DNA from: a virus | Reading direction: 5' to 3' (one strand) | IMG/VR virus record: IMGVR_UViG_3300042396_000450 | Span: 1 to 64,000 of that record | Length of the DNA stretch: 64,000 bases | In this document: one piece after another, positions 51,001 to 60,354 of the stretch | Numbering within the stretch: the stretch's first letter is position 1 | Layout of the letters: every line of letters starts with the position of its first letter | Position numbers and translations under genes: made by a program | The notes under the pieces: model-generated | The model's database searches: none | Told to the model about the DNA's origin: nothing | Seen by the model: only the letters and a program-made list of their open reading frames with translations

Positions 51001-51197
51001 AAGTTGGAGCAACTTATATCATCTACTTAATTCAAGATGAAACTGGTAGTAGAACTATTACACTTGATGCTATATTTAAACGATTAACTGGTGATACAAC
51101 TACAGTTAATACAACAGCTAATAAAGTTAATATGTTAACTGGAGTAGCTAGATCATCTAGTGCAATTACATTAGCTCCTATATCAGTTGAGGTTTAA
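48096..51197 (+). CDS. tail fiber / receptor-binding protein
   Basis: 1033 aa, S/T-rich, internal repeats, C-terminal LTLTGN...LIQDETGSRTIT fiber-type domain. Confidence 0.7.
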   Translation: MTTTYSSGKLQLTFNSGNVSVVNGSGNLGVTGTYYISIQGRNLIGLNLNSTLVPVTLTTTSTLTITLPSLASGETWSDIVISASTTNNVSALTQVMVVNSADFNSPVILTSVELFKLTTLARTVANSAALPATPIQGLIRYITNLNYYYEYDEYSTATVDNLTVLTATTGRWLRVGAISTYITDTTATDGCDQDVRTPNLIVNAPSYTCDGSKGDGVTFWLRNEFSTIISSGTRISCTVRLFEEDKSQLFDSLLILELLGYVNLITGVLDASVSSGEVTYQPRSQWLTLPEDLDIGYAAVVRVSPKFTITDLDNNVPYLANLTTYVTFAPTSGIYTPGVFGNLIYNEYDKWRIYSDVGLSVIKSKGSGIVNNYELNDISAETITGLSSNTANQYIFLTSNGTSFASTTSSFVSAVKRCVVSTVNGIGTPVSYGSFALNNTKKLSVTVNYPTSVRSNYPDALIAGSSKGKFNATNVVIYIKNSSNAVFVTEVNITPSASNDVYVLNYSDFTSSTLATPSSNYGLYTPLSVTTSTPSNSSTFPTGSYEVFVAFKYTGVVTVIDHSVSELYEITSNLSELFSTSATVWYSDNGVPSSLIGEDGSYYLNYDNANIYKKVNDTWSLDGNISVISPSFTTIAVSGQSNVVADQTNDSLTLVAGTGITLTTNATTDAITITGTSVTNTFSTITVAGQSDIVADNGTDTLTIAAGSGITLTTNSATDTLTIAGTAVSNTFSTIAVSGQSDVVADSASDTITLVAGTGMTITTNTTTDTITFESSGVNVDVTRTSTMSNSIGTGSKTFTYTASSNLGWLVSTRLRAAYDVSNYMEGVVTAVSSTSVTITSDNAVGSGTYTSWNITIAGDKGSTGSAGSLNAASGFILTPVGSPITTSTNEVGFYVDSTDNLFKTRDVNNGTVRTLASLNRVQAFTQTQYATPVINNSATGTVTLDGSASNVFILTLTGNLTLTMNNIQVGATYIIYLIQDETGSRTITLDAIFKRLTGDTTTVNTTANKVNMLTGVARSSSAITLAPISVEV
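49989..50420 (+). repeat. three tandem ~50-aa repeats in tail fiber
   Basis: F(S/T)TI(A/T)V(S/A)GQS(D/N)(V/I)VAD...D(T/S)(L/I)T(L/I)(V/A)AG(T/S)G(I/M)T(L/I)TTN..TD..T x3. Confidence 0.85.
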
Positions 51198-51199
51198 TC

Positions 51200-51892
51200 A
51201 TGTTTACTTTTCCAGTTGGTTTTTTTAATCCTATTGTTAGTGGTGGTGTAGATCCTTTTGCCGCAAACGTAGCTCTATTTCTGAAAGGCAATGGATCTAA
51301 TGGTAGTACAAATATCATTGACAGTTCACCAAATCCTAAAACAATTTCTGTTTTTGGCACTGCTCAAATTAGTACAGCGCAAAGTAAATATGGTGGGAGT
51401 AGTTTGTTTTCGACAGATACAACTTTGGGTAGCTTTGTACAAGCAACTACTACAATAAACTTGTCAAACTATACATTTGAAGTCTGGATATACCAGACAG
51501 TAGTATCTGATTGGACTTTATTTGCTGGTAGTATGCTTGGGGACGTTGATTTTAGTATTAATGGAAGTCAAATAAGAATAGGTAGAACAAACGTATCATG
51601 GGATATTACAACAAATGTAGCATTCACTTACAATACATTTCAACATATTGCTTTTTCTCGTTCTAATTATACTCAAAAAATATTTCTAAACGGATTAGAA
51701 GTATTTAGCAGTAATTATGAAATCCCACTTACAGCAACAAATCCTAGAGTAATGTGTACCAGAGATAATTATCAGGGGACGTTTGTTAGACAATTGTATG
51801 GTGGTTATGTAGATTCAGTTAGGTTAACTGATTCTGTTGGCAGGTATACTACTACTTTTAACCCTGAAACTGACACTTACTTGAATGTTTAA
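51200..51892 (+). CDS. LamG/ConA-like domain virion protein
   Basis: NVALFLKGNGSNGSTNIIDSS...TAQSKYGGSS...YTFEVWIY...QHIAFSR...GYVDSVRLT. Confidence 0.75.
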   Translation: MFTFPVGFFNPIVSGGVDPFAANVALFLKGNGSNGSTNIIDSSPNPKTISVFGTAQISTAQSKYGGSSLFSTDTTLGSFVQATTTINLSNYTFEVWIYQTVVSDWTLFAGSMLGDVDFSINGSQIRIGRTNVSWDITTNVAFTYNTFQHIAFSRSNYTQKIFLNGLEVFSSNYEIPLTATNPRVMCTRDNYQGTFVRQLYGGYVDSVRLTDSVGRYTTTFNPETDTYLNV

Positions 51893-51929
51893 TTATGAAA
51901 TTTGCTCAACAACTACTATCTAACTTATT

Positions 51930-52823
51930 ATGAACGAACGTAAATTAATAGATGAAATTAAACGCTTAGTTAACAATGATGTAATTATTGGTTACTATAA
52001 TGGAACTACATTTACTGACGATAATGGTAAAACATACGCTTCCAGCTATTTAGTAACTAATAATTCTCCTATTGGTAGAGGATTCATAGTTCCATATGAA
52101 GGTAAATGGTTAGTTGTAGTAGCTAATAATAATCAAGAGGTAAGAAAAAATATAATAACTAGTAGAAGGAAGATAAGTATTGAAGATAAACCTAAACTTA
52201 CTATTGATTATTTACTAGTTAACCCATTAATTAAATATGCTGGGACTATCATACCAGTAAATAACACATTTTATACAATTAGAGATAACAAATGGAAAAA
52301 GTATGAATTACCAGAAATAAGAGGATACTTAAATTATTATATTGATAGTAACTATGTTGTTATAAAAGGTGATGAAAAGGATGAGAGATTTAATCAATTA
52401 ATCGTTTTAAAAGATGACGTATTTACAACCTATACATATCCAGAAGAACTTCCTGTATTAAAAACATGGCGCAAAGATTTTTTTAATACTTATGATAAGT
52501 ATAAGGACTTTTATATTTATGGTAATCCTAGTAGTGGTATTAGTAAGATATTTACAGGGCGACAAAATAGATTATATAAATTATCCGGTATAAATGTAGA
52601 TTTTTTTTATGGATCTTCACGTTTAGATGACATTATTGAAGCATTAAGTTTAGAACAATCTATTAATCTAAATATTGTTTCATGTCGTTTTACTGAGGAT
52701 GACATTACTAATTGTAGGAAAGAACCATTTAAAGTGAAAAGTCCTAAATTAGATACTAATATTATTTCTCCTGAAGAAGTAAACAAACAAACTATTGTTA
52801 GCACTTATATTAAATTTCAATGA
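51930..52823 (+). CDS. hypothetical protein
   Basis: ORF coupled to the portal gene. Confidence 0.55.
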   Translation: MNERKLIDEIKRLVNNDVIIGYYNGTTFTDDNGKTYASSYLVTNNSPIGRGFIVPYEGKWLVVVANNNQEVRKNIITSRRKISIEDKPKLTIDYLLVNPLIKYAGTIIPVNNTFYTIRDNKWKKYELPEIRGYLNYYIDSNYVVIKGDEKDERFNQLIVLKDDVFTTYTYPEELPVLKTWRKDFFNTYDKYKDFYIYGNPSSGISKIFTGRQNRLYKLSGINVDFFYGSSRLDDIIEALSLEQSINLNIVSCRFTEDDITNCRKEPFKVKSPKLDTNIISPEEVNKQTIVSTYIKFQ

Positions 52824-54061
52824 ATAACCATTATCTGTCATCTCAAATAACTGGATTAACTACTAACATTGTTCAAGAGTTAGTAAGTCCACATAAACAC
52901 ACAATCCGCGATTATGAATCCATACTTCGTAATCCCTGGGCTAAGGAATGCTGTAATATTAAATCACTCAGAGCAACTGTAACTATAGGTGATTATCAGA
53001 ATAAGAATAAAGAACATCAGGACTTCATACTTGATGCTATAGCTAATATGGATGGCACATTATCTGACATAGTAGGACGATTATGTAGTGCTATGCCATT
53101 TGGACATAGCAGTGCTGAAATAGCATTTAAACCAATACGTTCATTTGGTAAGACTCGCTACACACTGAAGGGAATTAATCTACTCGATCCTAAGAGAGTG
53201 CGTTATGCTGGTGCTGCTGGTAAATTAACTCATATTCGATATAACGATGGGATTCGTGCATTATGGATTCCTTATAACAAGTGTCTTCATATTACTAACG
53301 GATTAGTTACTAACTATAACGAACGTACTGCTTATGGTGATCCAGAGTGCGAAACAGCCTATCCATACGTCAAACTATACGAGATTATATTCAGTGAAAT
53401 GGCGGTTAGTGCTAAGACACTTGCGGTAGGTATATTACTAGGTCGTGCTGATACTGAGAATACTGTTTACTTACAAAATAAAGATGGTAGTCAATACATA
53501 GACGTTAGAACTGGTAAACCTGTAGCTATTAGTGCTGTAGCTAACCTAGCTGAACAGTTTCAGAACCTTGAAACTCACAGTCATATAGTTACCGATAAAC
53601 GTAATGAAGTTAGTGCCTTACAGATACCAGCAGGTGAACAGTTCTGGAATCTCGCAGAATCTATGTTGCGTAAGAATATATTTGCTGCATTTGGTGTACC
53701 TAGTATGGTGCTTGACGAAGGTAGTGGCGGTATTGCAACTGCTACACTCAGTGTTAAACATTTGTCAATTCTAGATAGTACAGTTGAAGCAACAGTTAAG
53801 AAGATTAGAGATCAACTGATTGAGAAAGTTATACGTCCACTTATTATATGGAACTATGGTGTTCAAGATGATTATGGTAGCTTCGCAGTTACTAATGTTA
53901 ATGATCCGACTCAGGAGAGCGCACAGATACAAAACTTCATAACTGCATTTACTACACAAGTAATACCCATGACTGATCTAGAAGCAATGAATAAGTTTCG
54001 TGAGTTGATGAAATTATCACCAACTACAGAAGTTAGTCAGCCGGAGACTCAAAGCTATTAA
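52820..54061 (+). CDS. portal protein (Mu gp29/DUF935-like)
   Basis: SAMPFGHSSAEI, YGDPECETAYPY, IRDQLIEKVIRPLIIWNYG; 413 aa. Confidence 0.75.
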   Translation: MNNHYLSSQITGLTTNIVQELVSPHKHTIRDYESILRNPWAKECCNIKSLRATVTIGDYQNKNKEHQDFILDAIANMDGTLSDIVGRLCSAMPFGHSSAEIAFKPIRSFGKTRYTLKGINLLDPKRVRYAGAAGKLTHIRYNDGIRALWIPYNKCLHITNGLVTNYNERTAYGDPECETAYPYVKLYEIIFSEMAVSAKTLAVGILLGRADTENTVYLQNKDGSQYIDVRTGKPVAISAVANLAEQFQNLETHSHIVTDKRNEVSALQIPAGEQFWNLAESMLRKNIFAAFGVPSMVLDEGSGGIATATLSVKHLSILDSTVEATVKKIRDQLIEKVIRPLIIWNYGVQDDYGSFAVTNVNDPTQESAQIQNFITAFTTQVIPMTDLEAMNKFRELMKLSPTTEVSQPETQSY

Positions 54062-54233
54062 CTAAACTTTGCTTCTTACTTAATTTATTATTTAATCGCT
54101 CATGTAGATCATTTATAGAATCTTTATAAAATTTAAGTTCGTCCTTAAGTGAATCTACTGTATCCTGGGTATCCTGAATATTATACATACTTATAACCTT
54201 GTTTAATTGCATATTGAGCAGTTGCATAACCAT
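54033..54233 (-). CDS. small coiled-coil hypothetical protein
   Basis: Last ORF of the minus operon; start uncertain. Confidence 0.4.
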   Translation of the reverse strand: MVMQLLNMQLNKVISMYNIQDTQDTVDSLKDELKFYKDSINDLHERLNNKLSKKQSLVNSFESPAD

Positions 54234-54368
54234 CTAATTCCTTCTATCATGAGTTCCATCTCCTATCAATATAACTCCTTATTCTTTCAAAACTCTGACC
54301 AACGTAGAATCTAAGTGCTTCACGTAATTGATCAGGAGTTATATTAGGTATTGTTGATATAACCACAT

Positions 54369-55169
54369 TTATAAAATACCAAGAGCTACTAGTTCATTGT
54401 ATAACACTTCTATATTACATTGATAATAAGTATAGTGAGAACCACTTCCACCATAATAGTCATCTTCATGAATTTCACCCATTGAGCAGCTAATCGCATA
54501 TAACTTCTTATAGGTAAGAAAACTAATGGTCGGATCTATGCTAGTAATGAGATTATCAAATGCCTCAAAGTTAGCTAATGGTTCATCTCCATCATAGTAT
54601 GTAATATCGTCATCCCAACAGTTACCACTACTACCACCAGTAAACCAACTATCTGATTTAAAATATGGTTGATTAATGGTACAACCTAGATTATATTTAT
54701 CTGCAAACACTAACCAATCTGGTTTAACTGCAACTTTATGTAACTTCATCGTTGTATTCTCAAATAGAAATTTAAATTCATCTAAGTTAGGTACATCTAG
54801 AGGTAATGTCTTAATACTAAATGCACTAGAGATATCACGTCTATTAACATCATTAATTAAACACTGATTACGATTCTCTTCCCAGTAATGTATCTCTATC
54901 TCAGTTAACTCTTTATTCTTAACTAGTGCATTAATAACTAGAGTTAATTGTTCATTAGTGTGAATTAAACCATCAATAATAAATGTATCAGTTATATAAC
55001 GAATATAGTTATCTAACCTAGTTAACTTATTAACTGCATTCTTCTTATAACGTTTAAGTAGATCATCAAAATCAATATGTCTAATACGTTTATTATTAGA
55101 TGATTCTAGTTCCTTCGCAAATGTAGTTTTCCCACTACTCGGCAATCCCATCAATATTAATACTTTCAT
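54369..55169 (-). CDS. P-loop kinase (AAA_33/PNK-like) with C-terminal extra domain
   Basis: LMGLPSSGKTT, FIIDG. Confidence 0.7.
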   Translation of the reverse strand: MKVLILMGLPSSGKTTFAKELESSNNKRIRHIDFDDLLKRYKKNAVNKLTRLDNYIRYITDTFIIDGLIHTNEQLTLVINALVKNKELTEIEIHYWEENRNQCLINDVNRRDISSAFSIKTLPLDVPNLDEFKFLFENTTMKLHKVAVKPDWLVFADKYNLGCTINQPYFKSDSWFTGGSSGNCWDDDITYYDGDEPLANFEAFDNLITSIDPTISFLTYKKLYAISCSMGEIHEDDYYGGSGSHYTYYQCNIEVLYNELVALGIL

Positions 55170-55620
55170 CTTTAATGTATGTAATTACAATAGCTGTTGC
55201 ATCTGCACTATGAGAACTCGTAAACTTAGTAGTAGTTCCTAGATACTCATTAACTGAGTTACTAATCATAGCTTTATCAGCTTTACCAGTTCCAGTTACT
55301 ACTAACTTAATATGTTTAGGAGTGTAACTATAAATAGACATGGATTTTAGTCTACTTAATACTTCAAATATACCAATGGCGCGATTTAGGCGTTCTCCAT
55401 TGTTACCGCGACCTAGAAATACTGGTGCTTCGTATATCAGAGTATCTGGTGAATGCTCCGTCAATAACTTCTGATATTGGTGATAAATATGAACTAACTT
55501 ATCGGAATCATCAGGTTGAGTTGCTGTTATTTCTCCAGTAGAGATAATCTTATTAACATCGGTATCGAATACACAATAACCGATGTTAACAATGCCGGGA
55601 TCTATGCCAATTAATATCAT
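55135..55620 (-). CDS. ruvC: Holliday junction resolvase
   Basis: IGIDPG, YEAP, YTPKHIKLVVTGTGKADK, HSADA. Confidence 0.9.
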   Translation of the reverse strand: MILIGIDPGIVNIGYCVFDTDVNKIISTGEITATQPDDSDKLVHIYHQYQKLLTEHSPDTLIYEAPVFLGRGNNGERLNRAIGIFEVLSRLKSMSIYSYTPKHIKLVVTGTGKADKAMISNSVNEYLGTTTKFTSSHSADATAIVITYIKDESINIDGIAE

Positions 55621-55637
55621 GATTATAGTTAACTTAA

Positions 55638-56129
55638 CTACATCAATAATAACTCTATATTAACTGGAGTGTAGTTAACGCATTCTACAGATACACATTT
55701 AAACAACTTAGAGTCGTGTGTAGTTATTGAGTTATGAAGATGTCCATGTACATTGATGAAGTTAACTCTACTTACTGGTTTGTGAGTTAGAAGTACATTA
55801 GTTAAGTTAACCTCTAGTTCTAACTCATTATAGACATCGAGGAAACCAACATTCTTAAACCATGTATTAGTGTGACCTTTATCATGATTGCCACGAATTA
55901 GATACTTACTGCCATTTAGTTGATCCATTATTAACTTAGTGTCGCGGAATCCAGCAAACGTAACATCACCTAAGTTATATACTATGTCATCATCATTAAC
56001 TACACTATTCCAATTGCTGATAATTACATCGTGCATATCACCAGTAGTTAGAAATGGTCTATTGCAATACTCAATTACCTTATGATGAAATAGATGTAAA
56101 TCACTAATTACGTAAATCATAATCTGCAA
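55638..56129 (-). CDS. calcineurin-like metallophosphoesterase
   Basis: SDLH, LGD, GNHD, THKP, HGHLH. Confidence 0.9.
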   Translation of the reverse strand: MQIMIYVISDLHLFHHKVIEYCNRPFLTTGDMHDVIISNWNSVVNDDDIVYNLGDVTFAGFRDTKLIMDQLNGSKYLIRGNHDKGHTNTWFKNVGFLDVYNELELEVNLTNVLLTHKPVSRVNFINVHGHLHNSITTHDSKLFKCVSVECVNYTPVNIELLLM

Positions 56130-56583
56130 ACGTTATGTTATCTAATTTAACTTGATTAATTAATGTCCAGTTACTCCAATCCAAATTAAGATATCTATCA
56201 CCATTAACTACATTATAAGTATGAGTAATAAATAACTTAGTTACATGAGGTAACAGCGTAGCATAGATACTAGATCCACCTATTATCCAGATAGGTTTGT
56301 TATATGATCTAGCTACACTGATTGCAGTATTAATATCACTGATGAAGAATGTCTCAGATTCGTTAGTAGTCAATCCCTTGTCGCGCGTAATGATGATATT
56401 AACGCGGTTAGGAAGCTTCCTAGAGCGTAGATCACCTCTGAAGGTATTAGCTCCCATTATGACTACTCCACCTGTTGTGAGTGCCTTAAAACGCTGCATA
56501 TCGGCACAGTCATAATTAACTAATTTGCCGCCATTACCAATGCAGTTATTGAGAGATATATTAGCTATTAGATTCATAATCAA
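56104..56583 (-). CDS. folA: dihydrofolate reductase
   Basis: CIGNGGKL...DMQRFKALT...VIMGANT...LPNRVNIIIT...IIGGSSIY. Confidence 0.9.
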   Translation of the reverse strand: MIMNLIANISLNNCIGNGGKLVNYDCADMQRFKALTTGGVVIMGANTFRGDLRSRKLPNRVNIIITRDKGLTTNESETFFISDINTAISVARSYNKPIWIIGGSSIYATLLPHVTKLFITHTYNVVNGDRYLNLDWSNWTLINQVKLDNITFADYDLRN

Positions 56584-57500
56584 TTCCTTTGTCTAGTTAT
56601 CCACTGTAATATTGTATTAATTTTAGTATCAGGTTCTACAGCTTTAATTAAATCAGCAATATCTTTATTTGATAAACTTACATTTTCATCATAAATCTGT
56701 TTTCTTACCTCTGATTTATTTTTATATTCATTAGGATCTACTTGCCATTCAATACTTCCATTTTCTAATTTAAAGATGTAATTTGTTTCATCTATTTGTT
56801 CAATGTTATTTTTAATTTGATATAAGCGTTTAATTTTCTTATTAGGAGATGGTTGATCTAATGCCCAAATAATTTCAGGATATTGAACTATACCACTAAA
56901 ACCGCGTACCGATCTAGTAGTGTATTTATTATCCTTAATTTCACTCTTGTTAACTAATTGAGTAAATACAACTGCAATATTATATTTAAGAGCGATAGTA
57001 GCAAACCATTGTAGACAAGGTAGAACTTGACACGTATTTTCATCAACAATATTAAATCCAGATAACGAATCAACTATTAATAGTTCAATGTTTTCTGATT
57101 CAATAATCTTTTCAATTAATTCAATATCATCACTAACGTTATATGTAACTATCTCTAGTGGATTTTTAGGTGTAATGTAGTTGTTTCTACTACCACCTAA
57201 TAAATCAATACGTTTAACGAATGATTTAATACGACCTTCTGTATCAATAATTAATACTCTACCTGTATCTTTAATTTCATAATCTTCTCTAGGTAAAAAT
57301 GGTATATTACTAGTTATTGATAAACTAGCACCAACTAGACACCAACTTTTACCAATACCACCTTCAGCAACTACAGCACTAACACGACCTTTAGGAAATA
57401 AACCTCCTATATATTCAACTTCTACATTTTCAACTTCAAGATTCATAACAGTGTGTCGTAAACTTGGAATATATAGACTTTCAACAAATACATCATTCAT
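56580..57500 (-). CDS. RecA/RepA-like (AAA_25) ATPase or helicase domain
   Basis: AEGGIGKS, IIDTE, LIVDSL. Confidence 0.75.
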   Translation of the reverse strand: MNDVFVESLYIPSLRHTVMNLEVENVEVEYIGGLFPKGRVSAVVAEGGIGKSWCLVGASLSITSNIPFLPREDYEIKDTGRVLIIDTEGRIKSFVKRIDLLGGSRNNYITPKNPLEIVTYNVSDDIELIEKIIESENIELLIVDSLSGFNIVDENTCQVLPCLQWFATIALKYNIAVVFTQLVNKSEIKDNKYTTRSVRGFSGIVQYPEIIWALDQPSPNKKIKRLYQIKNNIEQIDETNYIFKLENGSIEWQVDPNEYKNKSEVRKQIYDENVSLSNKDIADLIKAVEPDTKINTILQWITRQRN

Positions 57501-57597
57501 CTTATTAAGGGTTTATATGTTGTATATGATTAATTATAAACTACAACATTGTCAGGGGTGGATAGGAAATGTTGTAAATAAAATAATTAAGTATTAT

Positions 57598-57750
57598 TTA
57601 AGATTCATAATTCATAATAATACAGGTAAGTAAGAAAAAAGGTAGGGCGATTTCAACACTTGTATAATCTGATGCTAAGTATCTATCCGCCACTCCAAAC
57701 ATGAATCCGCCAGTTAGTAATGTGAAACTAATCCATCTCAGTTGTTTCAT
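57598..57750 (-). CDS. small two-helix membrane protein (50 aa), not in track
   Basis: MKQLRWISFTLLTGGFMFGVADRYLASDYTSVEIALPFFLLTCIIMNYES. Confidence 0.45.
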   Translation of the reverse strand: MKQLRWISFTLLTGGFMFGVADRYLASDYTSVEIALPFFLLTCIIMNYES

Positions 57751-57858
57751 CTGATTAATGTATCCAATCTAATAATTCATTACAAGTAATAACACCGTTA
57801 CATTGATAAACGTAGTTAAGTTATCTAAAGTACCACTTAACTTACATCAAGTTATCTA

Positions 57859-58269
57859 TCATAGTGCATTTAATATTGATTCATATGTAACAGGTGTATC
57901 ATCATCATCATCTAATTCATTATCACCATCAAAGTCATCTAATATTTTTTCTAATTCAGCATACATATTATGATATTGATCGTAATCTTTATTACGTTTA
58001 GCTGCTTTTAGTAAATCATAGAAACTAGTGTATTTAGAATTAATAACATAGTCTACATAATCATAAGCCTCACTATCATCATTTAACCATTCTCGTAATT
58101 CATCATAACTATAATTATAACTACCGCAAGTGTCGTCATTAGCAATAATATCAAGCATTCTATCATCTGAATCATAGAATGATATATTACTACCTAATTG
58201 ATAATATAACTCTTGTGCTTTATCAGTAGATCTACTAGATAAATATGCTGCAAATTCATAAATGTCCAT
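57859..58269 (-). CDS. very acidic hypothetical protein (possible DNA mimic)
   Basis: D/E/Y-rich; ends TYESILNAL. Confidence 0.55.
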   Translation of the reverse strand: MDIYEFAAYLSSRSTDKAQELYYQLGSNISFYDSDDRMLDIIANDDTCGSYNYSYDELREWLNDDSEAYDYVDYVINSKYTSFYDLLKAAKRNKDYDQYHNMYAELEKILDDFDGDNELDDDDDTPVTYESILNAL

Positions 58270-58370
58270 GTTATTACCTCTAATTAAAATAACCCTAGTT
58301 AATGTTAACTAAGGTTATATGATGTCTATTTAAGTGATGTTATTTAAGTCGTTCTGCTACGCGAAGTTGA

Positions 58371-59345
58371 TTAATATCCTCCTACCACTGTAATATCACC
58401 ACGTAATGTTGGATGATGTTGATAATCATTAATTACAAAGTCATCAATAACGAAGTCTTGCAAATACCGTTGACCTCTATCTCTAATAGTTAAAGTAGGT
58501 AACGTATAGGGAACTCTAGTTAATTGCTCATTAACTTGTTCAACATGGTCACTATAGATGTGATGATCAGCAGTTGCAATAACTAACTCACCTGGTTCAT
58601 ATCCAGTACATTTAGCATACATAGATAGAAGTAGTGCATACTGAGCGATGTTATACGCGCCACCGAGGAATAAATCCCAACTGCGTAGGTATAACATTAT
58701 ACTTAACTTACCATTACTTACATTGACTGAGTAGTGAGTATGACAAGCTGGAAGTATTACTGATTCATTACCACATTTATAAGCCATTGAATAAACAGTA
58801 GTTGGATTCCAATAACTTACAAGAAAAGACTTACGATCAGGTGTCTTTTTAATTCCATCAATTACAAATCTAGTTTGATCTAGTGTACTATATCTGTACT
58901 CAGAATCTATTTGGGTAGACCAATAATGTGTATATTCCCAACTTGTACTATTACTATAATGAAGTGGAATAATTTCGCTAGTAATAACACCATCATCAAC
59001 TAACTGTTGCCATTGTTTGGTTAACTCAACTGTATTATCAGCAGTTAACTTAACACCTTTATTACGCCAATACTGTTTAGCACCCCATTCATCCCAGATA
59101 GTACACTTAACATTATGTAACTTAACTACATCATTGCTACCATCTATAAACCACAACATCTCATTGAATGCTGATTTATAAAATGTACGTTTAGTAGTTA
59201 ATAGTGGAAATCCATCTGATAGATTAAATCTAACTAAACCACCAAATCTACTAATAATATATTTGTCATCATGACCATATATATTTTTTCTTACGCCATT
59301 ATCAATTACATCTTGTAGCAGGTTCAAAAATTGTTGTTCTGACAT
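58371..59345 (-). CDS. thyA: thymidylate synthase
   Basis: FPLLTTKR, IWDEW, LPACH, RSWDLFLGGAYNIAQY, DHHIYSDH. Confidence 0.95.
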   Translation of the reverse strand: MSEQQFLNLLQDVIDNGVRKNIYGHDDKYIISRFGGLVRFNLSDGFPLLTTKRTFYKSAFNEMLWFIDGSNDVVKLHNVKCTIWDEWGAKQYWRNKGVKLTADNTVELTKQWQQLVDDGVITSEIIPLHYSNSTSWEYTHYWSTQIDSEYRYSTLDQTRFVIDGIKKTPDRKSFLVSYWNPTTVYSMAYKCGNESVILPACHTHYSVNVSNGKLSIMLYLRSWDLFLGGAYNIAQYALLLSMYAKCTGYEPGELVIATADHHIYSDHVEQVNEQLTRVPYTLPTLTIRDRGQRYLQDFVIDDFVINDYQHHPTLRGDITVVGGY

Positions 59346-59641
59346 AATCCAGCTTTCCTTACTTGAATATTATTGTTAATTAAATACTGTAATCCTTCTA
59401 ACTTAGAGTGTTCATTGAAGTAAACAACTCTTCTAATACCTTTATTTACAATTTCTCTAGCACAGTAAATACATGGAGAATAACTAATAAATAAATCATC
59501 TCCTGGTGTAGCTAATTGTAATCCTATTTCTTCAGCATGATAATATTGACATCCAATAACTTCATTAATTGCTTTCATTAAAAACAACTTATGATTATCA
59601 TGTAATACATCAAATCCACCACCTGTTATAAGTGTAACCAT
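59324..59641 (-). CDS. dCMP deaminase-like domain fused to a cytidylyltransferase N-terminal fragment
   Basis: GGGFDVLHDNH, then HAEE and SPCIYC. Confidence 0.7.
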   Translation of the reverse strand: MVTLITGGGFDVLHDNHKLFLMKAINEVIGCQYYHAEEIGLQLATPGDDLFISYSPCIYCAREIVNKGIRRVVYFNEHSKLEGLQYLINNNIQVRKAGLCQNNNF

Positions 59642-59691
59642 ACTAACTCCTAAATAAAAGTGTTAGTTAATATTAACTAACACTAAATATC

Positions 59692-60351
59692 TTATTTAAT
59701 TAACTCTTGAAAGTCTACACTATCCCAGATTAATCTAGTAGTACCATAATAATAATCATAGTTATTACTATAGTAGTTAAACATCTTATTTAATAACTCA
59801 CTATCTAACTCAGTTAAACCTAACTTAGTTAACGTAGAACGACATAACTTAGTTGCTCTAGTTACATCTTTCTGATCATCTACAATTACTTCTACTTCAC
59901 ATAATCCACCGTAACCTGCATTAATATCAACACAGATATTAAACTTATCAGTCTTATATTCACGTCTACATCTACTCCATTTAGATTGATATGTTAAACC
60001 TAGACTTAATAGTATGTTATCTAACTCATGTAATGATTCACCTCTAATTAGTTCTTTCTCTACACGAACTACACCATTATCAGCATCTTCAGTATTGTAT
60101 TTGAAAATTAATAGTGTACCACCTTTATCGTCATATCTAGTTCTAATAGCTAACTTAGATGTAGTTAGTAATTCATTCTTAAATGACAGATTTAGTTTAT
60201 CTGCTAATTTAACAAGACTCTCCTCTGTGTAAGAAAAATAGTGGTTAAGTTGATTGCTATCTACAATATCTACATTTGGATATAACGTAATGATGCGAGA
60301 TTTAAGATCATCAACATCACTAACTAATGCTTTAACTTCTACTTCAATCAT
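59692..60351 (-). CDS. CYTH-domain protein
   Basis: IEVEVK, RTR, RREY, CEVEV. Confidence 0.8.
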   Translation of the reverse strand: MIEVEVKALVSDVDDLKSRIITLYPNVDIVDSNQLNHYFSYTEESLVKLADKLNLSFKNELLTTSKLAIRTRYDDKGGTLLIFKYNTEDADNGVVRVEKELIRGESLHELDNILLSLGLTYQSKWSRCRREYKTDKFNICVDINAGYGGLCEVEVIVDDQKDVTRATKLCRSTLTKLGLTELDSELLNKMFNYYSNNYDYYYGTTRLIWDSVDFQELIK

Positions 60352-60354
60352 TTA

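Noticed and set aside
58371-59345. ThyA-like gene as dCMP hydroxymethylase (modified cytosine)
   Set aside because: It retains the dUMP-specifying Asn (GGAYNIAQY) and is accompanied by DHFR, so it looks canonical.
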